Source of the DNA: Phoronis australis
Lineage: Eukaryota; Animalia; Phoronida
DNA length: 64,000 nt
NCBI GenBank assembly: GCA_002633005.1
Contig: NMRA01000010.1
Location: 985,252-1,049,251 of the forward strand
Direction of reading: 5' to 3'
A program made the translations under genes and the position numbers. This document shows, piece by piece, positions 24,300-34,982 of this stretch. Below the pieces are notes generated by a model, which had not been told where the DNA came from, did no database searches, and saw only the letters and a program-made list of their open reading frames with translations. Numbering within the stretch: the first letter of the stretch is position 1; every line of letters starts with the position of its first letter.

Positions 24300-25677
24300 G
24301 TTGCAAGAATACGACGTGATAGAAGATGACGAAGTTTTTGAACGAGACCAGGGTTGGTACGAAGACTCCTTCGTGGACAGTGTAAGTTACTTTTAGTCAC
24401 TACTGAAGATATGGTTTAACTTCAAAAACATCACACGGATGGACCCAGACGTTTCCAAGAGTTCCAAGGGAGAGTGGGTTCAGTGACATGAATCAGGACT
24501 TTTCGGCGAAAGTCTCTTGAGTTTGGTCTGGAATTGGCGATCACTCTTCGTTGCTACAAATCGTTCCAGTTTGATTCTCGGGTTGCCTTGAACACCATCG
24601 CTACTTCGTCATAAATTAAAGATTAGTTATGAAGAGAGACTATAGTTAGGCGTCGTTCAGAAAACGACTAGACGTTTTACGACACCATTTCTTTGAGGTG
24701 ATGAAGAAAATTGGCAATACCTCACACACATACAGTCTGAATTCTATTTTCACGAGTTCCAGGACCAACTAAACCACTCCAAGCTCAAAAAACACATCGT
24801 GAAACTACAGAAAAGGCATAGTAGTAAACTAGTGACACAATTACAGTTACAAATGATGTCAAGAATTACACAAAATGCAAAACATAACACTTTAGACAAG
24901 TTTTACAGTACTACGCCTTAGCCCTAAGTGCCCTGCTCACTGAGTGCCTGCTGAAACTAGCCTACCAATGGGCCTTATCAGTTACACGTACACATCTGCA
25001 AATACTCCATAGGTTCTACAGGCGTACAACAAAATTCAGGACAATAGTTCGACAAAGAGTTACAAGGTGGCGCTGTATCTACATAAGGTTAAAAACATGG
25101 ATACAAGAACTGGGACTAAGGTTCAGCTGCCGCTGGAAATTTCCCGACTGCAGTGGCGCCATCAACGGTTTGGTACGCCACAAACCGGCTCTTTTTACTA
25201 GGACTTCACTCCCATGGAATCATACTGGTGGCTCTGGTTGATTCATTTTACAGGTTCCTGTTGGCATTCATCAGTGCAGCAGGTGCAGATCGTGGTTCCG
25301 GAGGTTTTGGAAATACGGAGTTGAAGAAAACTCTAGAAAAATAACAATGCAATTCATGCGCGCAGCCAGCCTTTTGGTAACAAAATGCCAGCGGACTGAA
25401 AAAAGAAAAAACAAAAAAAAAACAAAAATGGGCCCACCACTGTGAATTGCGAGTTTGTGCTTGTTTAGTGGACTTTTGTCTCATTTTCTTGGACATTTTG
25501 TTTCTCACAGGCGGACCTTTTTCCCACTTCGGCAAATGGGGGGCTTGTTCGAGCCCCCCGAGCCCTCCTCTCGCTGGGTGCGCGCATGCAATTCTTCCCA
25601 ATCCCGAACCGTTGCCTAATGACGATCAACCTGTATCCTACTACACAGTTAGTGATGATGCCTTTGCTCTCTTTTGA
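24300..25677 (+). pseudogene. Decayed PIF/Harbinger transposase
   Basis: FKNITRMDPD, LEFGLELAITLR (24420-24550), GIILVALVDSFYRFL...GGFGNTELKK (25215-25340) and LPNPEPLPNDD.P..Y.VSDDAFAL (25594-25672). Multiple frameshifts and insertions. Confidence 0.7.
25355..25588. mobile_element. MITE with 5-bp TSD inserted in the Harbinger relic
   Basis: TIR catgcgcgcagccagc / gctgggtgcgcgcatg, TSD caatt/caatt. Related ends occur near 8150 and 62220. Confidence 0.7.
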
Positions 25678-25747
25678 TAAGGGTCTTTCTTCTAAAAACT
25701 ATGACAGTGCAGGTGCCCATATTACCGAATACTTAGATCTAGATTTC

Positions 25748-26843
25748 TGGATTACCGTTTTGATTTCCTAAATCTTCGGTGACCTACTGTCTCCTTCGAT
25801 GGGATGTTTGACTGTAACGAGTCGCGGGATCTCTGGTCACATGGATTCTCGAAACTGCCTCTATACTCTCGTTCCAGGGGGAGGCCAATTTTAATCTGGC
25901 ACCACCTACATTGTCGAGAGAAGGTTGTAGGACTGTAATGTAAATAGACTCCTGCGCTCCTCTCTGGAACCAGTTCTTTTCTCTGCACTGAATCTTAAAA
26001 TTTCTCTAACTAAACTCATTAGGGTGTTCATGCAGGTGATTTTACACAGCTGGTGAAATTCCATCCCTCGGAGCCCGTCTATGTTGATACCTTGGGTTCT
26101 TTGGGTGGTTGTCGTGCCCACATAAAACAAAGTAAATTGCTCTCTTTCACAGTAAATACCATAAACGACACCAGTAACACGGTCCTTTTCCTGCTTCCCT
26201 TTAGAGTGCACCAAGCGTTCTGACATTGTTGTCTGGTTTATGGACCGTTCTGATATTACATTGATAGCACAACCGTTGTATTTTCTCACATACTGAGATC
26301 ATATACAGGAAAACAACTAAAGTTTCGGGGCGCTCACGGATGTTACGCTTAACAGCACAGTACTGTTTTCTGGTCGCCCTAGCGATGGACCATTTAGACT
26401 ACCCTCACTTGGAAAGAGCCACTAACGATACAGTCAGCCCCATGAGATAAAGTGCTTACCATTATAGACTTTTGCTCTTGTGAAGGGTGAGAGTCAGAAA
26501 CAAGGCACTGATCTGTATGGGTCGGTTTACGGAAAACTTTGCAATGAAAATGGCCATTAATGCAATCCAGAAACGAGACAGTATTCAATCCTTCAACAAC
26601 ACTCCCTCGTTTCTGGATCGTGCTATCTCTATTTACACTACAGGCTATTTACATCCCGGTTCTACAGCCTATGCTCAACAAACTAGGTGGCACCAGTTTC
26701 AAATTGTTCTCGCCCTGTGCGAGAGTTTAGAGGTTGTTTCGAGATCCCACGTGACCAAAGTTCCCGTGACTCATCACAGTCAACAACCCATCGAAGGAGA
26801 AGGATAGGCCTCCGAAGATCCAGAAAATCAAAAAGGTAATCCA
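25748..26843 (-). mobile_element. 5'-truncated Penelope-like retroelement with inverted pLTR
   Basis: RT C-terminus SFLD..KVFRKPTHTDQ and GIY-YIG TGVVYGIYC..YVGTT on the - strand. 25748-25955 is an inverted copy of 26640-26843. Confidence 0.8.
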
Positions 26844-27609
26844 ATGAACCAGTTTTAGCTGTTTTAATAATATTGAAATATCATGAACATACCTGGATTG
26901 CTCAAGGTCTGCATTTCGTTATAGTTAAATATAAACAAACCTTTACGCGGGTTACTTGCTGACATCTGCGTTGGTATACTTGGCGTCTATCATAGTGCCA
27001 CCTTGGGGCTCTGTGGTGAATCAGCATTGATTCTGACACCTGCCTGGTGTACACACAGAGTCAGCTGCAATATTACACTCGCATAGTGTTGGATAAAGTT
27101 TCACATCGGATGCTGTCCTCACATACATGCATGACACACCTTGTACAAAAAATGAGTTGTTGTTGACGGCAGATCTCCCTGTGCCAATGCGAGGGAAGAC
27201 GCTTTTAGAAAGTCAATGATGTTGCCCACGCGAGTGAACATGGGCCGTTATGAATCACTAATCCCCGATTCTCTGAAGTCCCTCGTGAAAGTGATAGGAG
27301 ACACAGGGTGCTCAAACGTTCTTTATTATACAATAAACCACGGGAAAACGAGCAGCAGCATCTGGCGCCTTTTTACACTAACCAAACTGAGAGATGACTA
27401 ATGCGGCTTCACGTAGTATTCATATACCAATAAATGCTCTTAAGTCTAGGTCAGATCATTAACATATCGTCAGATAGTATTTACAGGTTTGACCGCCATT
27501 TGGTTGGAAGGGTTGTTTTTGGCGTTTGATATGATTTTTACTTCTATCCGGAATGAAAGATTAACATCCTGGGACTGTATAAAGTTGGCTCTAGAGAAAG
27601 GTATTTAAT

Positions 27610-28800
27610 GACAATGAGCATTTTTATTCGTCACCTCTTACATTCAGCTGAGAAATATCAAAACAAAACCAAGACCATTCTATTGTGCTTATATCGATTT
27701 TAGCAAGGCATTTGATTGGATACATACAACAAAATTGTTCTTTATACTAAATAGGCTTTGTTGGACCGTTGTTGAAATTCTACAAAGTGTATATACAACT
27801 GTAAGTGACAAAATAAAGACTGGATTAAGAAACACATATAAGAAATTTTTTGAGTGTAAGACTGCATTTGTTGTCTCTATGTTAAGTCCTTTGTTGTGTA
27901 TATATATTGACATGATACCTGTAGAGGTAAGTTATATTCAAGTTTACCCTGGTATTGAAAACATGTTTTTATTACTTATGTCGACTATTTACTCTAGTTG
28001 GCCAGTCTGCAGCTGTGTTTAGTCACAAAGACGATTAGACGTGCTACAAAAATTTTGCTCCAGTAGAATACGTCTGTGAACATCCAGAAGTCAAATATAG
28101 TTGTTTCCAAGAAATATGGACAATTCAAAGGGACAGAAAAATAATGATACTATAGGCTTGTGCAGTTTAAGACTTGCATTAGCCATAAATATTTAAGGAT
28201 TGCTTTTTTAAAGTAGATTAAGTCGGACAGCGTCAGTTCCATGAAAGGCAAGCAAAGCAATGAATTTGGTGAAACATTTCTGTGAGAAATGAGACTTAGA
28301 AGAAACGTTACTGCTAACTTATAAAATGATTTGACACATTGATAGCACTAATTTTCGCTATGGAGCAGAAATATTTGTTACAAGTCATAGACAAGAAATT
28401 GAAAATGTTCAAACACAATTCTGTTAATGGCTACTGTCTACTGGTATTACATGTAAGACGACTGACGTCATGGCAAAAGGAAAAATGTAGCCATCATGAA
28501 TTGCATGTACGTATGTCTTACACACATGTGTACGACTACAAAATATTTTTGGAAAATAATTGGTGTGTCCGTATTAAAATTTGTATTAACCAGCTGGTTT
28601 CGGCCTTGCGTGGTTGAAACAGAGAGTCGGTAATGAAAAATTCTTTTTCAGAATTCAAACAAAGCATCAAAAATGTTAACTTTCAAAGTTGGTTGCTGGT
28701 AGTAGAAAACATGGATATTAAAAAGTGCGAATTTTACAGAGGAGATAAGTCCGAGTTTTGTGAAAAGCATCTTTGTTCGGGAGAATACACATATTTTGCA
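27610..28800 (+). mobile_element. Decayed non-LTR retrotransposon RT region (clade uncertain)
   Basis: FYCAYIDFSKAFDWI at ~27677-27722 and MLSPLL..YID at ~27879-27911. Heavily frameshifted. Confidence 0.7.
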
Positions 28801-29623
28801 TAGATGTTCAACTCACACACTCAGCAAAAATAGCATACCGTGCTCCAAGCCTAACTTCATGATCTGCGCCAACTGTACGGATGACGCAATCCCTAGAGTG
28901 TGCTAGTCGTCGAAGGGGATCGGCGATGGCACGAGCTGAAACATACCCGAGCTGACCCGCATTCTCTGAAGTAGAAATGAAAGCGGCGATAAATGAATTA
29001 TGGATTGACAAAAAAATACTCACATTTTCTTGTTAGCTGACAAGTTTGCTGAGATATACTACTACGAAGGTCGCCTCCCACGTGTTAATTCATTGAGGGT
29101 GGCATGTGTCCGCGATGACCCACAGTCGTTCATGTTGGAAAAATGAAATCAAACAGCGAAATAACTATGTAGCGATATAACCACATCCCGTAGGTCTAAA
29201 CTCATTTCTTGAGTCGGGATTATTCTCGTTATGCTAGTCTTAGGATAATGTGGTGACTAAGTATGTCATTTAAGTTCGTTAAGTTATCACCACTCTTTCT
29301 ACTTAAGGTTACCTCAAACCTGTTTTAGTGGCCTCCATTCTATCTCGTACATCAAAAAGCAAGACTGCCTTCTTGTAAAAATACGTATTTTCTGAACGAC
29401 AAAGATGAGGGATTGTAAAAATACATGCTATATTGATGTGCTACTATTATTATTGTTATTAACGTCTTTTTAAGTCCAGATTTAATTTCATACATGTAGC
29501 AAAACAACGCTTTTGTCAATTTTAATGAAACTTTTTTAAATGAAAACTTCACCAGATACCTCTTAAACGCTGCTTGAAATAATTTATTTTAGATTATAAT
29601 CTTAATTTGGTTTCTGTAACACG

Positions 29624-29773
29624 GGGGATGGTGGCAAGGAGAGGGAGCGTGAGAGGGGAGAGGGAGATGGGGAGGGAGCGGGCGAGGGGAAGGAAGAGAT
29701 GGAAAAAGGGAGAGGGTGGGATGGAGGGTAAGCGAGGGTGAGGGAGGGAGGGTGAGAGAGGGAGGGTGAGAGA
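29624..29773. repeat. Polypurine (GA-rich) low-complexity tract
   Basis: gagggagggagggtgaga-type runs, visible directly. Confidence 0.9.
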
Positions 29774-29814
29774 ACTGTTTTATTTAATGAGATACAAACA
29801 TATAAAAAACTTCT

Positions 29815-30670
29815 TCGAAAACACTACTGTTATTTGGAAGCTCCATACAAAGTCGCTTCTAGTGTCGAAAGAACCTCTTTTCTTTAGGTGTGCTGCTATG
29901 TAGCAAAACACCGAGAGACATAACAAACAAGCAAATTAAAACACTAGCTATATTTTGAGACTGCATGTCTAATCATCGGGTATTAGGTGGAACAAACATA
30001 TACCAAGCGAAATAAACAGTGAAATACGCGTGACAATGGGAACAGGGGCACGGAGCACAAATGTAACACACGGTAGGAATCCCACAAACCTATCTAAACA
30101 GAGCCAGCGTGCGGTACACGCTTGTGAGCTGTTCATTCAACGTAGGTTTTTGTGACTGATCGGCAATGACGACTACAAGAACTTTAGCCGAAATTTGTCA
30201 TTTTCATCATAGCGAATGGTGGCATTGTCTGCTATTTGTTGTCTAGTTACTTTTCGCCCATGTTGGTTAACAAAATGATCTTGAATGGACCCGCCCAACA
30301 AGTGCATGGACAACCGTCACGAGAGAGAACACACCGGGTGTCCAATGTAACGCTCTTCACGATGTGAATAGGTCAAGATTGCATTTGGCCAATGGTCGCA
30401 ATCTTTCACGACTAGGGCTGTTTTTCATGACAAGGTGACATTACTTTATATTCTGATAATAAACAACTACATTCAATCTACATGTATCATCAGGTGTGAC
30501 CACCTTAACGTCATCCCTCGAAATAGATCTAGTGTTTTGTTTGTTTGTGTGTTATGTCTCTAGGTGTTTTGTTACATAGCTGCACACCTAAAGAAAGGAG
30601 ATTGTTTCGACACTAGGACCGACTTCGTGTCAATGTTTCAAACACAATGTTTAGTCGTGTTTTCAACGAA
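29815..30670. repeat. Inverted repeat pair (~135-bp arms, ~580-bp spacer)
   Basis: 29815-29947 is the imperfect reverse complement of 30529-30670 (tctttaggtgtgctgctatgtagcaaaacacc / ggtgttttgttacatagctgcacacctaaaga). Confidence 0.8.
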
Positions 30671-31140
30671 GCTTGCGTTACAGAAGAGCTGCTACCGAAC
30701 AATGAACAATACGAAACCAAAAGTAATATATGAAAGAGCGTAATACACAAACACTCTTAGCGCAGTCGCCTTAGTTTTTACTAAATCGCTTCCACATGAC
30801 TGTGACTAGTCCGTAATTATATGTAAATTTCTGAAACTATGTTTGTATACATACAGCATTTATGATTAGTACCAGTTATTCCGACAAAACAGCCGGTGAC
30901 AGCCTACTTTCGCCTTTTGCGAGTGTCTAGTCTCGGTCATCGGCTGCAGTTCCAAGTCCTGCAAAATAATTCCTGTCAAAATTTATTTACCATATCTCGT
31001 CAGGAATTTCAGTACAAATTATCAATATTTGGTTTTATTAAAGGCCTACTGTATGGTTCCAAAATGACTATTTTCATATCTAAAATACACGTATTGATGA
31101 AAAACATCAACATACGGTGTCATAGCACACCCAGCTGTTA

Positions 31141-31345
31141 AGGGTGATGCAGGCATTTGGCATTACAATTTCTCAAATGATTTGGCGAATATTCGCTACA
31201 GTTGTCAAATTTGTAAGGTTCATGCTAAGAATCCCTCCCGGCCCATTGTTGTATTGCCAATGGCAAACGATTTTACCCAAAAGGTTGCTATGAATTTGAA
31301 CAAGTGGAATTCACGTTGGATTCTGCACTTAGTTGACATGCGTAT
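31141..31345 (+). mobile_element. LTR-retrotransposon integrase fragment (copia, GalEa-like)
   Basis: CQICKVHAKNPSRPIVVLPMANDFTQKVAMNLNKWNSRWILHLVDM covers the integrase CxxC and the start of the core. The first catalytic Asp appears as Asn. Confidence 0.6.
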
Positions 31346-32070
31346 TTTTTTAAATTGTCATGTCACCTTATACCTGTGCACCGAATTTGAAAAAGATAGC
31401 TTTAAACCTGAAGGAGGAGTAGCATTTTGAAAATTACATGACCTTTGCACCAAATGACCTCTTCCGGTGCGTTATGGAATATGATTATATAACGGATCAA
31501 AATTTATGTACTGTCAAAAGTGTTATGCTGAATTTAAAGACCGTACCTGCACCCAATTTGGAGTTATTAAGCCTCAAATTTGGTCGGACGAAGAATAAGA
31601 AGAATAAGAAGAATAAGAATAAGAATAAGAATAAAATTGAAGAAAACCCAGGAACAACAGTATTCTGCGCTTACACGCGCAGAGTAATAAGAATAAGAAT
31701 AAAATTTAAGAAAACCCAGGAACAACAGTACTCTGCGTTTACACGCGCAGAGTAATAAAATTGAATAAAACCCAGGAACAACAGTACTCTGCACTTACAC
31801 GCGCAGAGTAATACGAATAAGAATAAAATTGATGAAAACCCAGAAGCAACAGTACTCTGCGCTTAGACGCGCAGAGTAATAAGAAGAATAAAACTGAAGA
31901 AAACCCAGGAACAACAGTACTCTGCGCTTACACGCGCAGAATAAATAAGAATAAAATTGAAGAAAACCCACCAACAACAGTACTCAGCACTTACACGCGC
32001 AGGGTAATAAGAATAAAATTGAAGAAAACCCAGAAACAACAGTACTCTGCGCTTACGCGCGCAGAGTAAT
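31346..32070 (+). mobile_element. Helitron/Helentron-derived non-autonomous element with tandemly amplified 3' hairpin end
   Basis: A tgacct-rich core, then an aagaat microsatellite (31590-31635), then 7 units of gaagaaaacccaggaacaacagtactctgcgcttacacgcgcagagta. The tandem array is certain; the family assignment is inference. Confidence 0.6.
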
Positions 32071-32549
32071 TATGTATCATTTGCTGCTGACATGGTCATA
32101 GGTCATCAAGAACTGATGAAGGGATTTTTAATGACACACTGATGCAGTTATGTTGAAAAACGGCGGAGATGCTAAAAATTTTAGTGGAGGTAAATTTCAT
32201 AAGAATAACCAATACCGGAGTAGAGTTCAGTAAAGCTAAGACCTCCCTAAGAAGCAAGACTTCGTGAGATACACGTGAGATGTTGCCGTGTATTTTAAAA
32301 GAGAACGCGTGACCTTTGCTAGATTTTAGCGAGGTCTTGGCGTAGGTACTTGCGTTATTGAACTCTACCCTGAACTAACGAATGCAGACAAATGACACGC
32401 ATACGTGGTGCAACCTAAGCCAGTGTGAGATCGAAATGGGCATTCCAGGACTAGACTAAGAGTTCTATGATCGAAGTTGTTCTCAGTCCAGGACTACAGT
32501 TCTATGATTTGAAGTATTAAGTGGTATTATTAACTCTTGCACTTTGTAG

Positions 32550-33947
32550 ATGAAGCACCTGTTCAGCTTACCAATGCTGATGTCTTTAATGGTGTTGACA
32601 ACCGCATCCGAAACGGCAAACGATGAAAATTCAGATGAGAAACAAAACTTAATCGGTCATGCGTTCTATTTGGCAAAAACGGATGCACTCCATCCAACGT
32701 CATCCAAAGCCATCAAATTCTTCCATGACATTCCACAGAACTGCAAAAACAAACAACAGCAAAGACGCAAATATAAAGAAGAAGATTACTTTGAAAATAC
32801 AGAAATTATCTACGTGAAGCTTGGAGCTGAGGTCAACTTGTCCTCCACAATAGTTGGTAAATCCAGTCTCGAGACGACTTTTACTGTAAAATCCAAGAGT
32901 TCATTTAAGAAGACTACTCGTGTTTCCGGACTATCCTACAAGATCGGCGGACAAGAATTCATCGAATCTTTAAAGCGAGAATGCCTCAGCGATCTTCAGC
33001 TTCGTGAAGACGTCATGGAAGACTTCGAGAGATTGCCAATCAAACTTGATAACCTGTTCAACTTAATAAGAGAATATCAGTATTTTTTTGAAAAACATGG
33101 TTCACACATCTTAACTGAAGTTTCCCATGGAGCTCTATTACGCCGGTTTGTTTTCGTTGAACAAACAACAGTTGAACTTCATAAAGATGACTTGCAAGCA
33201 TTTGCTTGTTTGAGGTTTAGAGTATTTACAATGTGTGCTGGAGTTGACTATCAGAAAAGTGCAAAAATGAAAAGTTACAACAAATCAGACTATATCGACA
33301 TTCTTAGTGGTTCGAACAAAACACTGGAATCTGAAATTACGAAGGAAGTAGAAGAGTCACTTTTAAACGATTCACAAGAAAACCCAGTTCCAATCAGCTT
33401 TAAGTTCACATCAACTTGGGACGTACTTAATTTCTGGTTTGCAAATGACAATGACAATAAGAATAGAGCCGACATATTGGAGCAAGTATACATGGGGTAT
33501 TTTGAATTGGGATGCTATAACAGAAGCGATTCTGGTTTTCTGCTACGGTCTTTTCGAGTTGACTCAATAAATGATGAGCGCGTGTTATTCGAATGTGTCT
33601 TAGAGCGTGAAGGTTGCCATAGTGATGACGACTGCCACGGTACAAGCCCCGATGATATCCAGTGCTATGGAAAAACTGCAATTGAACACTTTGCTTCGAA
33701 TACCAGGAAATTTATTGATCAAGCAAAAGTGCGGAAAACAGGTTACGGCGGGCCTCATGACGGCATCAATAAAAGCTGTTTTTTCAAAGATAACAAGCCG
33801 CAATGCAACCCAGATTATTTCTCTGACACAATAATCTGGGATGGGGTGTCTGGTAACCAGAAAATCCAAGTCTCAGGTGCTACTAAGGGGACCGTTTACC
33901 CTCTTTCCGTCTTGGGTGTTGTAATGTCTGCCCATTGGTTCTTTTGA
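32550..33947 (+). CDS. Secreted MACPF-domain protein (465 aa) similar to sea-anemone MACPF toxins, with putative GPI signal
   Basis: Intact ORF with a signal peptide (MKHLFSLPMLMSLMVLTTASE), a MACPF signature variant (YQYFFEKHGSHILTEVSHGA), a Cys-rich C-terminal domain (EGCHSDDDCH..CYG..GINKSC..C) and a hydrophobic tail. A splice acceptor (cttgcactttgtag) directly precedes the ATG. Confidence 0.88.
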   Translation: MKHLFSLPMLMSLMVLTTASETANDENSDEKQNLIGHAFYLAKTDALHPTSSKAIKFFHDIPQNCKNKQQQRRKYKEEDYFENTEIIYVKLGAEVNLSSTIVGKSSLETTFTVKSKSSFKKTTRVSGLSYKIGGQEFIESLKRECLSDLQLREDVMEDFERLPIKLDNLFNLIREYQYFFEKHGSHILTEVSHGALLRRFVFVEQTTVELHKDDLQAFACLRFRVFTMCAGVDYQKSAKMKSYNKSDYIDILSGSNKTLESEITKEVEESLLNDSQENPVPISFKFTSTWDVLNFWFANDNDNKNRADILEQVYMGYFELGCYNRSDSGFLLRSFRVDSINDERVLFECVLEREGCHSDDDCHGTSPDDIQCYGKTAIEHFASNTRKFIDQAKVRKTGYGGPHDGINKSCFFKDNKPQCNPDYFSDTIIWDGVSGNQKIQVSGATKGTVYPLSVLGVVMSAHWFF

Positions 33948-34976
33948 AATTATGTTAGTCTTGATGCCGGTATCACTTTTTCATGGCTTGACATCGCTTA
34001 CAACTGCAACGCTTGTGAACGTTTGTTCGCATCGCTCTACCGAATGAAGTGTAAGCAGCTACAAGTATAGTAATCAGGGAATGTGCCATTGTTTCTTTAA
34101 TAGAAAGCTATATATACCAAACTTCACAAAAATCTAAAACTTAATTGGCTCTTGTATACGATAATGTGGTACAACATCCCTAATCTCAATCAAGTGTTAT
34201 TGTTGGCTTAATGGTGTTAATGCATTGACGTCACGGCAACAATAGGAACAGTTGTCAGCTCTGAAGAAATTTTTTACATAATATGTACGTGGACCAAAGT
34301 TTCCATGGGACTCAAGTAAATTGTGTTTGTCGTGAATCCAGGCAATAGGAACATGGCTTACTTATATTCTATAAAACAATTACTTGCCAAGAAGCACCGG
34401 CCATTCCCAGTGCTTACCTCACGAGACAGGTTAAGTTTTTTGTGTAGTGAGGATAGAAGATAACCTACGTTTACTTGTGAAATTGATGTTTGAGGTAAAG
34501 GGTTTTTTTAAAACAGCATGTGTATAAATGTATTAGATTTGAGGTATTTGTATACAAATTTATTCGATTTGATTGGTTTGAGCTCAAACTATTTCATGTT
34601 TCGACAAGTGTGTAATCCTGTTTATAGCTGACCACTTAAACAAGTTAAGGGTTTTGTATTTCTTTTATATGGCCCCATATTACTTGTTGTACAATTCTCT
34701 GTAGAACTGTAATTTGTATATCAACTGATGCGGTCTTCGTGTAAACTAAAGGGTACGTTTTTTTAGTTTGCCGTACTGAGTGATTGTAATGTTTTGAATT
34801 GTGACGTACATGCAGTTGATGTGTCGTGTAATGGACTGTACATTGGGTGTGTGTTCCACGTAAATCTGGTTGTAAATCAATGATGAACTAATTACGTCAA
34901 AAACTAACGGTTGTGCATTGTTGTAGTTGACTTGAAAGACAGATTATGTTTTATTTGTATATTTTAAACTTCCCGA

Positions 34977-34982
34977 AATAAA
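34977..34982 (+). terminator. Candidate polyadenylation signal of the MACPF gene
   Basis: AATAAA about 1 kb after the stop codon, followed by a GT/T-rich stretch (gtgttgtttctcttt). Confidence 0.45.

Noticed and set aside
31590-32070. CRISPR array
   Set aside because: The linkers are short aataag microsatellite variants, not unique spacers. There are no cas genes and the context is eukaryotic.
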